Shown in pieces: positions 1-15,400 of a stretch of DNA of 64,000 nucleotides. Source of the DNA: Tubiluchus corallicola. Taxonomy: Eukaryota; Animalia; Priapulida. The notes beneath the pieces were generated by a model. It ran no database searches. It saw nothing but the letters and a program-made list of their open reading frames with translations, and was not told the DNA's origin. Every line of letters starts with the position of its first letter. The first letter of the stretch is position 1. The translations under genes and the position numbers were made by a program. The stretch covers positions 3,100,001 to 3,164,000 of the forward strand of contig JAQGDQ010000001.1 of NCBI GenBank assembly GCA_030141605.1, read 5' to 3'.

Positions 1-62
1 GTAACGTGAATCTAAATATATATAATTTTTTTTATCTGACAAAAAATAATTACAGCTATTCA

Positions 63-140
63 ATGTGTGTGTGTGTGTGCGTGTGCGCACGTGTGTGCAC
101 GTGTGCGTGTGCACACGCGTGCATGCGCATGTGTGCGTGC
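63..140. repeat. Imperfect (TG)n/(CG) microsatellite
   Basis: Alternating purine-pyrimidine tract tgtgtgtgtgtgtgtgcgtgtgcgcacgtg... Confidence 0.9.
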
Positions 141-878
141 GTTTTGTGATTTCTTGATGTTTTATTGATGCTTACATTCTCAAATAGCAAATTCATGTTT
201 TGGTATAATTAGTATTTTGTTTAAAGAAACGTTTCGTCAGTTAGTATTTGTCATCGTAAAAATTGAACACAAGTCGTTGTTCACTTTTCAACTTCCACTT
301 TAAATAACAACGGTAGCGGTAGCGGCGATGATTTCCGTTTCTGTTCGCTGCAGCTTTAAAGCTTTTTGATATCGGTGTGACAGTGACCCGTTTGGTGTTC
401 TAGTGGTGCCCGTTACTGTTCATCAAACTGGCTTGAGTGCTGTATAATACATTCCCTCCCTTGTGATACTTGCGATATTCTTGCCCAGTCAAGCGGACTG
501 TTTTGCAATTTCCGTTCCTGCTGCTGTCCAAAGATTAGGAAAGTTGATTTTTGAAAAAGTGAAGCCGTCATTTCCCTGGGATGTCTAAACAAAGTCCTCT
601 GTTTTGCATATCATCACATCACAAACAGCAACTCATCGAAATTCTCTAGCAATTTTTATTCTTTTCTGATGATATCTGCCTTGCCGCTGGGGTTATTGAT
701 TACGCGTTTGTGGCGGCCAATCTTCAACAAATGATCGTGTTTTATCGTCCATTTACCGAAGTTTTGTCAAAATGACAGGTTTTGATAAATCATGGCAGAA
801 GAAAAGAATGCCAAGGCTTTGGCACGTTGAATAACGTTCAATTCATCGGGAGCGTTAATTCAACGCCTTCACAGACAG

Positions 879-930
879 AATTAACGCTTCAGCCTTCGCG
901 GACAAAATTAACGCTTCAGCCTTCGCGGAC
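879..930. repeat. 27-bp tandem repeat, ~2 copies plus a degenerate copy upstream
   Basis: aattaacgcttcagccttcgcggac occurs twice in tandem. Confidence 0.85.
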
Positions 931-999
931 GAGTTTTTTAAATTTCTTTTTAAGCACACCGGCTCTCCTATTGTATCTTGAGACGCGATTATTAACTCT

Positions 1000-2800
1000 G
1001 AATCCGTTTGCTTCAGCAAATTTTGCTTTTTACATATTTTTTTCTAGTACCAGACAGATGCTCAACGTCATTTACTATCTTAAATTTAAGATGGCGGCAT
1101 TGGCGTAATTTCTAGTTCTCGATCTCGAGTTCAACCAGTTTCTTGGCCAGTAGTTCGAGTCAAACATTTTTTTGCACCCGAGTCTCAGCTCCCTTATCTT
1201 AATATGATACACACTTAATTGCTCTTGGAGAAGCATAAAACAAATTACAAAAACAATGATGACAGGTAATATTTTGCAGAAGAAAGTTCCTAATTTCTCA
1301 GTGTATTTGCAAATTCATACCTTGTTGTTTATTGTTTAAAGTTTCTCATGCATAAAAAGCAGCCGTTACCTTAGTTAAACAATTTGTAAATTCAAGTGCG
1401 CATTTTTGTAATTTGAAAGAAATCCTATTCCAGACTCGTTCGCTAAGTGACTGTAATGATTGACTGAGCGCATTCGTTTGATCGTTTGACTGCCGGATCG
1501 AAATTTTTATTTAGAATGAGTGCTTTCGAATAATGCGAATAAAAAACGTATGTAAGACGATGCTTCCTGTCAATTTAGTCCAGTCTTCCTTCTGTCTGTG
1601 TACCATCGAAATTGCACGGACTCTGTTGTAACCTAGTACATTGCAAAAATGATTCTAAAATGTTTATTTCTCAAAATACGCTAATGTTTTTGTTAGCAAA
1701 ATAAAATAAAACTTAGTCAAACAAAACTTAAGTACAACTATGATCAGATTCATTAGAAGCGATGTTTTAATATATTGAATCTTATCTGGCACGAATACAA
1801 GCGACTACATCTTTAGTCCATCAAGGTACTGTAAAGCTTCTAACATTTCTTCTAACTCGCGAACGCAAGCAGCAGTAAAAATATCAACTGAGAACATTAA
1901 TTTGACAATAAAGGCGACAAATTGCTTGTATTGCGTGCTTGGACTTCATGAGCGCCTCGTATTTATATTCGCTTTGATTTCTTCGCTGTCGTTTTCGGCA
2001 TTCGACGTGATTAGTTAAATTTCACAGTGTGTATGAGCTTAAAGGCTTACACATTGTTCCTTGTGAAGAAGTTGGCGTGCTCTAAGTACATTAACGCAAC
2101 ATCCGTCCCATCGATCAAATTTTAATGAGCTTTTCTGATGTACTGGCGTTCACTTTCCAAACCATAAATGTGGCTTTGTTACTCAGCGTGTTGAATATTT
2201 CAAACATTTGTATCAACTTGTGAACAACAGTGAGCGAGCGACAGAGAGAGAATCATTATCTTCGTTCACATGACTGGACTTTGGGTAAAATTCATTGCAA
2301 ATGCGTTCACACGACAATTGACGTCTAACATAATATTAATCATTTTCGTTGACTGCCCATTCAGCGTGCAAGTTATTTCACACACCCCTGCAGCAAGTAC
2401 GTTCGGGACATTTAGCTACGTCTAATGCTGTTATGAAAAATGCTCAACTTTTCATTAGCTTACCTCTATTACATTTCACATCACGCGGTGCATTGTTTTC
2501 ATTCTTGTTTTGTCTGTATCAGTAGTAACTCACACGCTGTTCACACGAGCAGAGCACTTCGAAATGAGAGATCATTTTTTCTGCAACTTTACTGCTGTGA
2601 ACTTTTCGTTTTTTAAATGGTTTTCATGGTTAAAATGGTTAAATGCATTTTTTGACGAATTTTGTTTTTGTGTATTCTTTCTAAGAGTTTTCTTATAGCA
2701 CTTTTCATTTTGATATATTTGCCCGTCTTCGTCGCACATACAAAATATGTCTAAGATCATTCCTCTTTATTATTGCATAAAAACCTCTTTCCGGTTTTTC
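1000..2800 (-). mobile_element. Possible heavily decayed DNA-transposon (hAT-like) relic in a CLK intron
   Basis: Less AT-rich and more CpG-rich than the flanking intron. Minus ORF 2572-2760 has a loosely BED-finger-like Cys/His pattern, and an RW-like motif (DRWDG) reads on the minus strand near 2105. No intact ORF or TIR identified; boundaries approximate. Confidence 0.25.
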
Positions 2801-3917
2801 GATACACATTTATTAGTATTTCTTGTATTTGTATAATGGACAGTCATGACAACTGTCAGATGACTCAGTTCACTTAAGGTACTCTTGGGTCAATAATGTA
2901 AGAATGAGGAATCGCTTTCTAGTGCTGCCTTTCATGTGTCTGATCTTACATAAATTGATCTTAGGCAAATTGAGAGCTAACTGGTTTTACTAATGGCATC
3001 ATTTACATTTGCCTTAAACTCTCAAAGGTTTATTGGGAGCTTTAGTGGCACAGAAGTTTCACTGTGCTGAGGAAGACCACTAACATTTGACCGATGTCCT
3101 GTACTCTAGAGGATCTGAGTCAGTTTTGATCAAAGTTTCATACGACTTGCTGTAATTAAATGAAGGGCGTTATCGCTACCATAAATGAAATTGCTTTTGT
3201 CACTGGTTGTACTATAATTGGTAGCCTATAATTTGAAATCATTGACTCTTCTATTACAGTTATTAATATAAGTAGACAGTGAACTGCAATGTGCATATGT
3301 TTATTATATTTTAGTAAATGAACATTAGCACATTGCTTGTTTTATTGTACTAACATGAAAGTGCTAGTAATAGAACTTTGGTCTAGGCCTGATTAAATGT
3401 TTAAAAACTGGTATATGCTGTTCTTCATTTTATTTGATCTCTTTAGTGTATATAAACATGTTACAACAGCTTTAGATATTTAAATTAGAAACGTAATCCT
3501 TCATGATCTTCTTATAGTGATTGCTGTAATTCTGTTTCCAATCTAATAGGACACTCGACATACCATTCAGCTATTTTGAGTTCTTAATTTTGTGGAATAC
3601 AAGCAATATACTGCTGTATATGCAAGAAAGCAAATTATTTAAGCATTAATTTTTGCATTAGATAATTAAACTGCAAATTTCATATGTAAGTTTTAAATGA
3701 TTTGCTGAATTTAAATTTTATATCATCTCAAAATTAAACTATTCACTGTTTTCGGCGTGTTCTATTTGACAAAAAGCTCTTGAAATGGCATTCATTCGTG
3801 TACATCATTTTTTAAATGTAACTCGGTTATTTTGTTTACAGTGAAAGAAGAGTTTATTATGTCTGCGACGTGAAGTCTTCACAGAAATTTTATATTTTTA
3901 CTCTGTTGTTTTTTCAG

Positions 3918-6900
3918 TTTGTGCGTACGAATGTTGGATTGGTTTGACTACCACGGTCACATGTGCATCTCATTTGAAATGCTGGGCCTGAGTGTCTTTG
4001 ACTTCTTGGTATGCATATGTAATGCTCCACCAAACCTTAATATAAACATTGCTTTAGGTAGAGCTGAAAATAATATTACAGCAAAACAGCTTTGATTGAT
4101 TAGCCTGCTTGTGTAGTAAAAACAGTTTTGTAAATAATTAAATTATGGAACTGTTTTTGGGAGGCTTAGCCCTATGTTAAGTTAGCAATTTAATAACTTA
4201 TTTTGCTGTTTCATTTTATTATCAGCAGGAGGCCCTATATGTCTTTCTCCCCCAGTAATCTTTATGTGTAGGTGTATTAGGATTATGACTCTTATAATTC
4301 ATAATTTTGTGAAAATGTTTAGCTCTAGTCTTGAGTGTGGTTAGTTGCTACTATTATTGTAATAAAGTGTGTTTTTTATTACAGAAAGACAATAATTACC
4401 AGCCGTATCCACTAGAGCAAGTGAGGCATATTGCCTATCAGTTGTGTCATTCCGTCAGATGTAAGTAGGATAGCATGGTATAAAGTATTTTTTGGTTCTA
4501 ATCACAACATTTGTAATTTAATTTCTTAGGATGCGTTTGTGTTCAGTGCTTTAACGTAAAGGTATGTTTTTCACATTGTATGTAAATAAAATTGTAACAG
4601 TTGTGTTAGAAGTTTTGACTATGTTTTATTGTAGACATTTACCATAATAACTGTAAATTGGCAGATAATTATTTTCTGAAGAAATTCTAGGCTCTGAATA
4701 ATATTTCATTTTGTTTTTTGCATAGCTCTAAGTAAAAGATGCAAGTAATGGTACAGTATAATGTGTGCTTTTTATTTTGGTGTTTTACATCTTGTGAATC
4801 ATAATATTTTAAATCATTTTGCATCTTTGCCATTTGCTTTGTCAGTTTGTCCTCTAAATGCGGTAATCATCAGTGAGCATTGTTGATTTTTACAGTGTTC
4901 AGCAGCCTGCCATTAAGCAGTAAATTATTTAAGGCATCTTTTTATTGGAAAAGCTGTAAATGTAATGGCAACATCCAAAACGTCTTTGCCAAAAAGAATT
5001 TATTGCTAGGGAAATATCTGCTGGAGAATGTTTTTCTCTTCCTATGGTTTACATAGGCTTAGAAGAGAATGTTTTTTTGTGAGAATTTTCTGTAGTTTTC
5101 TGGAAAACTATAGATTTTCTTAGCCCGGCATTTCTCTATGCCACAACAACTTGTCATTACCAAGAGCCGAGGGCAATTTGTATCTGGATTTCCAGATTAT
5201 TGCATTTCCTGTTGTCTGGCAAAATTGCAATTAAGTTACCATGCTCTCGTTAGTCAGGATGTGCAGGTCTTAAAAGTGATTGTAAAAGTTGTAGTGACAT
5301 TTTGACATAAATAATTAGACACTGTTGGAATCTAATCACATTTCAGAATTTGCCGTTGGTATGACCTTAAGGATCTATAACTTTGTTCAATAGCTTTTAA
5401 ATTAAATTTTTCTCATTTCCTAAAATTACTTTTGTCACCAAATGGGTTTAGCCATTGATTCATTTTGTGTACTTGTATGAAACAAGAATAATATGTAGGA
5501 GATACAGCCTAGATGTTCTGTTTTCTTGCTAATGCATGTACACTAGATATTGCTTTAAGCACTGGTGTCCTCATCTACTACATTTTTGTTGAACTAATGG
5601 AAGCTAGATTTTAAGTGTTCCTGTATCTGCAGAAAATCCTGCAAATTACTTGGCTTAGTTTGCCAAAGTGTTTTGGCTCAGTTTCTTATCTTTAACATGG
5701 GTCATTTGCAATCTATAGAGCACTTGTTGAGTCATTTTATACTAGTGAGTGAAGTGCCAGGAAATAAGTTTAAGACAAAGCCTGTTGGACTTAAGAAGAG
5801 CACAGACTATACTAAGTCGTACTTTACTAAGTCACCATTTCATAATGTAATGATTTCTCTAACCTTGTTGGACTTCAATATCATGTCTTCAAATTGTAGT
5901 GCCCTTATCAGCAGACAGCACTCCCCAAAGGAGATCAAGTAGCAAATGTGAAACAAAGTTGCCATGTGTGGGATTATATTTGATTCCTTGCCCTGCATTT
6001 ACAACCACAAAGCAACCAACGTAAAGCTGTTAATGCAAAGGAAAAGTAGCTTGAGATTTATTTCATTACATTTTCGAAGGCTACTTTTGCAAATCTATGT
6101 GGTCACTTAGAATTGCATCTTAGTTTCATTCTACGGTTGCCTACTAGTCAGACAATTGTGTAGTCAGTCCAATAAGTATTCCTATATTAAGTAACACAAA
6201 AACCATTAAATGAGATGCTTTTCATCTAAACTCACTTTTTACAAACAGCCCCAAGTAAAAACAGTGGCCACTCAAGGTAAGTTGCTACAAAAGAGAAAAA
6301 ACTGAAAAAATATCCGGAAAAATGGAATTATTGTAACTAAAGTTTGGTAGTGACTAGTGACATATGGAGATGAGATTATAGTTAATGATCATAGAAAAAC
6401 AATTTTCTAGTAAAGAAATCTGCTGGTGAGGTTTCTACAGTAACAAATAAGGTATAGCAATAAATGATACATGGCATATTAACAATGGTTATACAATATG
6501 AATGCTATAGTTTTTTTGGCAAAAAGTTGCTAAAGTTGACCTTGGTATTATACTACATTTTGATAGATGTATTGTTAAAATGGTCTACAGACACAGTATC
6601 AGGAAGCTCAGTTCTTCCTCTTTTCAAAGCTTTCCTCTTTTGAGCTCTCTCTGTCAAGGTTCTATGAAGCCGTAATCATATCACTAAAGTGTAATTCATG
6701 CAGACAGTCTGTAAGGTAATTTATAGAAAAATGTAAATTTGTTTTTTCAGTTCTTCATGAAAACCACTTGACACATACCGACCTAAAACCAGAGAACATA
6801 TTGTTTACAAGCTCAGAGTATTCTGTGGAGCAGCATCCAAAGCGGGTTTGTATTCCCTTGTATTTAGATAAAATTACCAAATATTCCTATTTTTAGACTA

Positions 6901-9900
6901 ATTAATCATTTCTTTTGATGAACATTTGATATGTGCATTTCATTTTTGTTTTACAAATGTTAACAATAAATTTTGTGGAGACAATCGCATAAGTTGTTAA
7001 TAGGTTACTAAAGTTGAGGTTTTTTAGTAAGTATATGTAAAATTTGCTTATGATACCCAAGACTAAATATCGATTTTGTCTTGTTTTGTTTTCACTGTTT
7101 CTCACTGCACACCCTTTTTAATGTTGAGCTCACGTCACATGGATCTACTTCGATACTTGCCTTGCTAACATATCACTGAGTTGTCACTCAAGTCAGAAAA
7201 TTATCTGGCATGAGCTCCTTTGTACAGGTAGTGTGGGTGACCTTAAACTTGCTGGTAGTATTCTCAAATCAGATAAGAGAGAATTGAACAATTTATTTAT
7301 GAAATAGTTTTGCCAGCAGTCACAGACACTTTTCTAGACAGTGGGTTTTGTTGTGTGATACGATTTAATTTTCGTAACTATTGTTTAGTTGGCAGTAAAT
7401 AAAATAAGTAATTATTCATGACACTAGTTAATTTATTTTTGTTCGTCTGTTCCAATGTATGTTTTGTTTAGTGTATGTTTGGTTCCTTGTATTCCACCTA
7501 TAGTATTTAGTGATGCACTTTCATTACAAGTGTATGTACACACTGCTATGTACAGCAGTTTAAACTATAGGAATTAAATCCTCGGCAGGCTGAAAAGAGA
7601 AGCCAAATTAGTATGTTCCGAATTGTGGTTGGGCAATACAGGTTGGAACTATGGTTTTGGCCACAAAATCACTCTCTGTAGTCTAGCAGATTGCTATTAA
7701 TACATTAATAAATCGAATAGCTATCCCAGCAAATTAGTTACCATAATAGCAGTAGCAATATGAATTAAAAAATAGCTTTAGTAAAAAAGGGGTGAAAATT
7801 CACTTCTCATTTTAGAGACCTACCTACAAAATGCATTTTCAGTGAGGTAGAACAACCCCTCCTTTTGCTGGAATACGAATTACCCATCAACCTAGACAAT
7901 GCAAAAATGTCATCTGGGAATGCAGTACGTGGCATAGGAGGGTGATTCTGCTCTTAGCTGTGGTAATAATGCCTACACTACAGAATATAGACTTAATAAA
8001 GAGAGTTGGGTAACTCTCTTTACTTTGTGACCTACACAAAGATTTTGTCTAATGAAGCTGCCTGAAGTTGGGAACTTTCATGCAGTTTGAGAATCGAAAG
8101 TTAATTATTCATGATATGTCAAGCCTTTCATAAATGACACAACTGAGTTTAAACAAAATTATACAGAAACCGAATTTTAGACATTTTGAGTTAATTTTGA
8201 CTTGAATGTTTAAAGCAATCTTTCTTCTCTGGTAGAGTATTTGTGCATTTGAAAAACAAAATGCCAGAAGCATTTTCTAAGTATCTAGAAATGTAGGAAT
8301 GCTCTTTGAAAGAGTTAAAAAGTGCTGTGTGAAAGGTATTTCTACTGCCAGGCATAGTCTTACATTATTCTGATATAGTTCATTTTGTTAAAAATCAAAT
8401 ATACTGATTTTACACGAGCCTGCCAGTTTAGTGTGTTTACCGTGAAATACTAAGCCCATGCTCCTTGTGCTTTATTTATCAAGTTTAACAACGCGTCCGT
8501 CTTTGCAAATTAAGTTAACAATTGTGGAATATTTCACTTTTTGCTCAGTGGTGTAGCAAGTTAGGGGAGCAAGCACATAAAAAAGCATCTTGAGGCAATG
8601 TTTGCTATTCCACAACAGACAGTATCAGCGTATACATCAAAGAATATATTATAATAATTATATTTGGGTTAATTTAATCCTTGATTCAATCAGTTAACCT
8701 TGACAAATGAGTTTTGCGTAAATGCACGCTTATTTTAAAAACACGGGAGGCAGGTTGGTCAAACAAAGTAATATAGCAAGTTGTTGAAAAGGTGCCAGTT
8801 TTGAAAAATGTGATCGGGGGAGCAGTTGCTCCCCTATTAGCTATGTTATTGTGTTTGCTTATTGGGGTTTTTAGGAAATGTTTACTTGATTTTTAAAGGG
8901 AAAGGTTTTATTTTACCAAAATATAAGCTAGTGTACAGGTTTTCCCGAACAGAGTTGTTCAGCTGAACAAAAATGAGCAAAGGTATTAAATGCCCATGAT
9001 TTTATTTTGACAGCTGGCAAATTATCATGTCAACATAATGACTTGGGATGAAGTTAGTAAACGGTGTTAAACTGCATTAATGTTGATGTTATAGTTTCTG
9101 CTAGCAGTCTCATTCACATAGTGCTATAACATTCGCCTAATCTTCAATTTGCAAAAGTCAGTTTAAATCAAACTTTCAGTTTTAATATAAGACTGTGAAG
9201 GCAATAAACTGCAAGACTATATATGGCGGAGTGTTTTTATTGTTGTTCATTAGTCTTTTTTTACATCCCATTTTTAGCAATATGGACAGTACTTGCAAGA
9301 GTTTCTCCAGGTAACAAAGTAAATTTGACTACTGAAAATGAATTTAAAATTGAGAAAAACATAAACTTTTTTAGCTATTATGATTGTTTTAACCTTCTGA
9401 GAATACTGCACATGGTGCGGTGAAAGAGCAAAAATGTGAAAAGTACGGCAACTGCTCAGTCATGAGTAAACCACACTGGACCAGACATACTCTAGTGATA
9501 AACGCAGTCATGCACCCAGATTATACTCTGAATTCATTCGGTCTTGTTACCTCTCCAAAGACTAAAGGCATGTAAAGAATTCTTTAATGATATCAAGTTC
9601 TTGAGGAAAGCTAGTTCTTTTTTATTTGCACAATACCTTGCATTATGATTTGCATTTTCAAATTGCAGTTTTGTTAAACAAGATAAAGCTTTTTGATAAC
9701 GCTGATATCATTTTTCTAGAAACGTGAATATAAGAGAGTGAAAAACACTGAAATTCGCCTGATAGACTTTGGATCAGCAACATTTGATCATGAGCATCAC
9801 AGCACAATTGTCTCCACTAGGCATTATAGAGCACCAGAGGTGATTTTGGGTAAGTTTTGCTAGTTTAAAATAAATGAAATAGAATACTGTACAGTGACAG

Positions 9901-12437
9901 GTTGCAGTTTGTTATAAATGAGATGTTTAATTAAATGTTTGTAAGTTACTATATAAAAAGCAATGAGGTGTTTGTCGATATTGTACATTTAACATCTTTT
10001 CGTGTTAAAGGCAGTTAAGACAATAAAACCAAACCAAACGACCAACAGTTTTTCACAAACATATTTTAGCTTTTGTATTGAGAGTATCGTTATGTAAATT
10101 TATAAAAATATAACTGATATTAAATTTCAACTTTAAATTCAAATTACCAAAACAACATTGCATTCTTACAGCATCTCCGTTCTTTTCTATTCGCACTCTT
10201 TGTACTACTTAATATAAATATATGTCCCTTTTTATATTCTTTTTGTTTAATTTCCCTCTGTCTGCTATTAATTTTTTCATTTCATTTTTAGAACTGGGTT
10301 GGTCTCAACCATGTGATATTTGGAGTATTGGATGCATTATTTTTGAACTTTATCTTGGGATCACTATGTTTCAGGTGACTATTTGCATAATTTTTCATTT
10401 TATTTAATCTGATATAAGTAATTGTAGTCAAGCGTTTCTGGGAATGTTCATGTGCCTGGAATTAAGAGCTCACTTTATTATGTGTAATTTTAAAATTGCA
10501 TTATTTTTTCACTTACCTGAAAGGTTTTTGTTCCTAGTAACACGTTTTAGTAGTGCCTAAATTGGTAACATTTCTTACAATCAGGTCCACTTAATTCGTA
10601 TCACCTGGGACTAAAGAAACCATTACACATTATGTGAAATATAGGTTAGGTGATTATCAGTAGGTAACCAAATCTATGGGTTGTGTATTGTCTCAGGGTT
10701 CCAGGTATACTGACTTTGGCATTGTTATGCATGATTCAAGTTTGTAACATTATTACTGTTTCATTTTTCAGTTCCACAGGTGATGTAGTTTTAATGTAGT
10801 ATGAATCTTAGGTCTTTATCAAATTATGTTGATGCTGAAGCCAATGTTGTGTACCACTGTGAGCAACTGTTTGCCTAGTGCCTGTGCATATCAGCTCTCT
10901 GCTCAGTTTCTTGCATGAGGCTGCTGCCGCATTACTCATTTTACAAAATAAAAAAAATAAACACTGCAACTTCTGCTATCCTTGTCTTGGTGAATTTGTG
11001 TGTGCAGTTAAGCCTGTGCTCAGAGGCCTGCCTTTCATTAAAATTCGTTCAACCTGTTAAGGAATGCAGCATAGTGTAGGTGGCTTATGAATAATAAATC
11101 TGCTTGGCTAGGTCAGCAGCAAAGTATCTATAGATATTGCTACTTTAAAATTTCCATGATGAATTATTTTCCCTCACTGAGTTTTCACTTCTGATTGTGT
11201 GGAACTTCTTCAGCTGCTGAATGCATGATTTGTGCTTGGTTGCACATAAACAGAAACTGTGTATAAATTACGAGCAGCATAAATCAGCCTGCTGTCTACA
11301 GAAAACACGTAATTAAATACGCATAATTTTATTGATTAGTTGTATCAAAGTATTATTACAAAACTGAAAAGCTCTGGACCTCAATTGTTTGTGAGAAGAC
11401 CATCAGTAGTTCGTAACATTCCACTGATTCAAGTAACTTAGACTCGGGAGGGGGGCACGTCGTGAATCATTGAAACTGTTTCATTACTGTACTATGACAT
11501 ACCGGTATAACAATCTTCCTCTAATGTCTGCTTGGATTTGTTTAAACAACGATGCTTAATATTTTGAGATTTGCCACCTAATTTATATACGAAATATACA
11601 GAAAAATCTACGTGTAATGCACAAATGGCCCAGATATTAATAATGTATTAAGTGGAAATACAAGTCACACAGTACAATTTAAGTAATTTTTATTTAGTAC
11701 ATTAGGTTAGGAGCTCAGTGGGACTTTTAGGTGCGATATGAATTTACTGAAATTTCAAATTAACCAGATCCTTGATAAACTGAGTTAATTGTAATACAAT
11801 CATAGTTAGCATACTGCATTTGTAAGTTAGGAAACGTGGGGTGGGTTTCAGAAAGCCGTCACTAAGTTAACGACATCGTCGTTATTAATAGTGCCAGTCA
11901 TTTGAGTATTGTTTGAATGTCAAACTATGCATTATTGTTTAGACGCATGATAACAAGGAGCATTTGGCTATGATGGAACGCATCTTGGGACCGCTTCCTT
12001 ACCGCATGTGTCGTCGATCAAAAACCAAATATTTTTACCACGGTCGCCTTGACTGGGATGAGCGAAGCTCAGCTGGTCGCTATGTCAGGGAGAATTGTAA
12101 ACCTTTGAAGGTGAGATAAATATAAAGCTTTCTTTTTAAATATATTTATTGTTCACAAATAGGAGGGATGTTGCCTTTGTAATGCGTGATTACCCTAGGA
12201 AAATAATACGTTTCGTTATTTTATTAATTTCAGCGTTACATTTTACGAGATGATGATGAACAGCGAGAACTATTTGACCTCATTGAAAGAATGCTTGAAT
12301 ACGAACCATCGCTACGCATCACACTTCGTGAGACACTCAAGCATCCATTCTTTGACAGATTACCTGATAAATATAAATTAGAAAATGTCGGTTCAAAAAA
12401 CTACAATCGCGAGCGCTCACATAGCCTAAGCCGATAA
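3918..12437 (+). CDS. Doa: Dual-specificity LAMMER kinase (CLK/Doa family), 3' part; 5' exons lie upstream of the window
   Basis: Seven GT-AG exons join in frame: 3918-4008 ([30 protein letters not shown]), 4385-4460 ([25 protein letters not shown]), 6751-6845 ([18 protein letters not shown]), 9720-9849 ([32 protein letters not shown]), 10292-10374 ([16 protein letters not shown]), 11943-12110 ([16 protein letters not shown]), 12234-12437 (ends RERSHSLSR*). [11 protein letters not shown] is the diagnostic family motif. Confidence 0.97.
8546..8850. mobile_element. Degenerate hAT-type MITE
   Basis: Begins cagtggtgtagc...ggggagcaa and ends ttgctcccctattagctatgttattg, an imperfect inverted match resembling CAGTGGCGTAGC-type TIRs. 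Confidence 0.35.
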
Positions 12438-15400
12438 CAAGGTTTTTAATCAGAATTGGAGTGAGTACTTGATCAATATACTTTGTTGTGACATTAAGCT
12501 TGTACAGTCAAATTTGCTTAATTCATATCTGCTTAATTCGGATTTCCTCTTAATTCCAGATCTGAACTTTCAAAAGGCTCCAATATAGTGTGGCCCAGAA
12601 AAAATATGATGAAGTTTATACTACTTTGACATTAGAAGCTGGTGACCTACAAAGTTGAAATTTCACAGCATGATATTAAAATAAATTGACTTTTGGCTGT
12701 GAAATTTGCAATTTTATAATTTTAGTCGTTTTCAAGTTATGACCGAAAAGCTTTTGCATGTTAAAAAATTAAATGCCAGAACAAGTCAGCTAATCATCCA
12801 AAAACCGGCAACGTTCAGTGATGTATATCACGCAATACATGGAGCAAAACAATAAAAACAGTTAACCACTTTATGTCATGGTTATCATGAAAGAACGTAA
12901 AGTGATGATAAAGATTTGTTGCCAAGAAAAAATGGGACATAATCCTCTGGATTATGGTATCTGAAATTCCATTAAAGAGAAAGTGTACAATGGCCGCACC
13001 GATTCGTTTGATGCAGAGGAACTAAAAGCAAAATTGTTGAATGCTGATATCAAATACTTCTTGAAAAAGTGAGCAACTTATTTTTTTGACTTGTTTTAAA
13101 ACATGTATCTTTGAAAATTTAAGGGAATGACCTAAATTTTTTTAATGTTTGAACATGAGTGTCTGTAACGTGAGAGTGATGATTTTCAAGCGATTTTGTT
13201 ATTTTATTATAATATAGTGATCAATACTTTGGCACAAATGCACCAGCTGATATATTAATGTAGCTGTGCAACTGCATTTTATTTAACTTGTGCTTTCTTC
13301 AGTTGCACTGATATGAAGTAATTAGAGTTGGCTATTTTAATTTGATGTTGGTGTGACACGCATTAAGAAACATGCTACTTAGATACAAATTCTTTTATTT
13401 GCCAGTGTTCATAGTGGTCAGGGTGGTAACTTAGTACAATTAAATACAAAGATCAAGTACTTCATCTCCAGCTCTGGAGGCTTGCATGCAAGTTCACCTC
13501 AGGAGTGATTATGTCGTATTTTATATATACGATATGTATTTATTTGCTTTAAATAAGAGATAAACGTGAAGCATTTTTAAACAATTATAAATTTGGTATT
13601 TTATTTTCTCAAGTTCCTAGGACTTGCAAGTCATGCAGCAGTGGATTTATTTATGCATTTCATGCGGACAAAACCTGATCTATACTTGTATTTACCATGT
13701 ATAGAATTTGACACGATAGCTTATAATATCCATCCGTGTAGACCTTCAGAGTCTAAACAAAAATATGTAGTGGATTTAGTTTTGTGCATAAATTGTGCAC
13801 ATATATACTCATATCTACCGCACGTAGAAATTGACACTGTAGTATATAAAAAGCATTCGCTGCAAGCCTTTGAAGTGGAAATAGGAATAAAATGCCGGAC
13901 TTGATTGTTTCGAAATTGATTTGCAAGAGTACAACAGTTATAAATACTCAATTTCAACTGGAGAACAGTTACTTGATCATAAGCTAGTAAAAAAGGCAAG
14001 AGGAAAGAACTGATTATTCCTGGGATGTATTTGCATGCTGTTTCAGTTTATACAATATGCAAACAGTGAATTTTATTTATAATGTGATTTGCAACTTTTT
14101 GTGATCTGTGTTGAGGAAAAGGTGTTACTTAACAGAAGTCTTAAATTATTTTACCTATTAAATAATTATGTCTAAGCCTTATCGCTTTTCAATTCCCAAT
14201 TTTATGCTGCCTTACTGGTATTCTCTCATAATACTTACGCTTATGTACTCAGTATGCTGTACAATTTCTACTCTTCAGCAATTGCTAATTTCTGTGTTGT
14301 TTAGGCAGTTTTTCAAAGTGCTCGAATTGTGCTGATTCACCGTGGCAGTTACACAAATGGCTTTCGATCATTTAAAAGCTCAAGTGAACTTGGTAAATTA
14401 AAATCTCGAGTTACAACTGTAGAATGTAAAATATTGTGCAATAGTTGTCTCATGTTTTAGTGGCCATTGCTGAGACAATAAAAATAAGGTACAAGTTGAA
14501 CTGATGCTATACAAGGTGCTTTGTAGCTCATAATAGATCTTTGTCTCCTAACCAGTGCCACTAATGATACGTTGGTCGGAGACTGGAGTTTTCAGCTGTG
14601 ACAACGTTCTTTTCTTCATTCACATACAGTAATTTGAAGAGAAATGTAACAAAAATGCTACAAAGTAATGGCAAATTAAATCTCCAGCAAGTGCAATACG
14701 TGCTCGATTAATAAATAAAATCTGTTTGTGGTATTTGATTTGCATATTATGTTAACTGAATTTTGTGCAGCGCTCGCTATCATTAAAACATGCATACAGT
14801 TTGTAGGAACTATGTAGTATTTGTATATATACTATCTTATTTTTAAAATATTGTACAGTCGTCGTTTGAAATGAACTTTGTAACTATTGGAATAATTTTT
14901 TTGATTGTCATTTGAAAGTTATAAACCAATATTGAATTCAATATGTACATAGACAATAATAATTCATTTTGTATTATTTCAGTATTACAATCTTTAAAAG
15001 GCCCACCATATAATTATGATATGGCATAGAGTTCCTTTTCATAATTTCGTGGCTTCGTAATAGTGCAAAGAATAAAATTGTTGTTTTGGAATCACAATTT
15101 TATTAAATTATTTTGAGTCACATATGATAAGCTTTGTGCAATTTGAACAAGGTTTCAGAAAAAACTTGTTAGAATCGGCAAGTTGTGTTATTGTATTTAG
15201 GATGGGTAAATACTTTATGACTGTACCGCATTTAAATGGAGAGCTGTACTTATATTTTTAAAATAGTGCAGTGATTGTTTGTAAAAGGGTATTCTAAACG
15301 TGTGCAGCATTTAATGCAAAGGACAATACTTATTTACAAGGAGAATGAACATAAAATTGTTGTTATTTATACAAAACTTATATAAAGCAGAAGCTGAAGT

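Noticed and set aside
782-1108. 108-aa ORF with repeated LTLQPSRT
   Set aside because: Explained by the 27-bp tandem repeat in intronic or TE-like DNA; non-ATG start and no recognisable domain.
13593-13999. Overlapping ORFs between CLK and archease
   Set aside because: Low-information translations in a probable 3' UTR or intergenic region, with no domain or splice-consistent structure.
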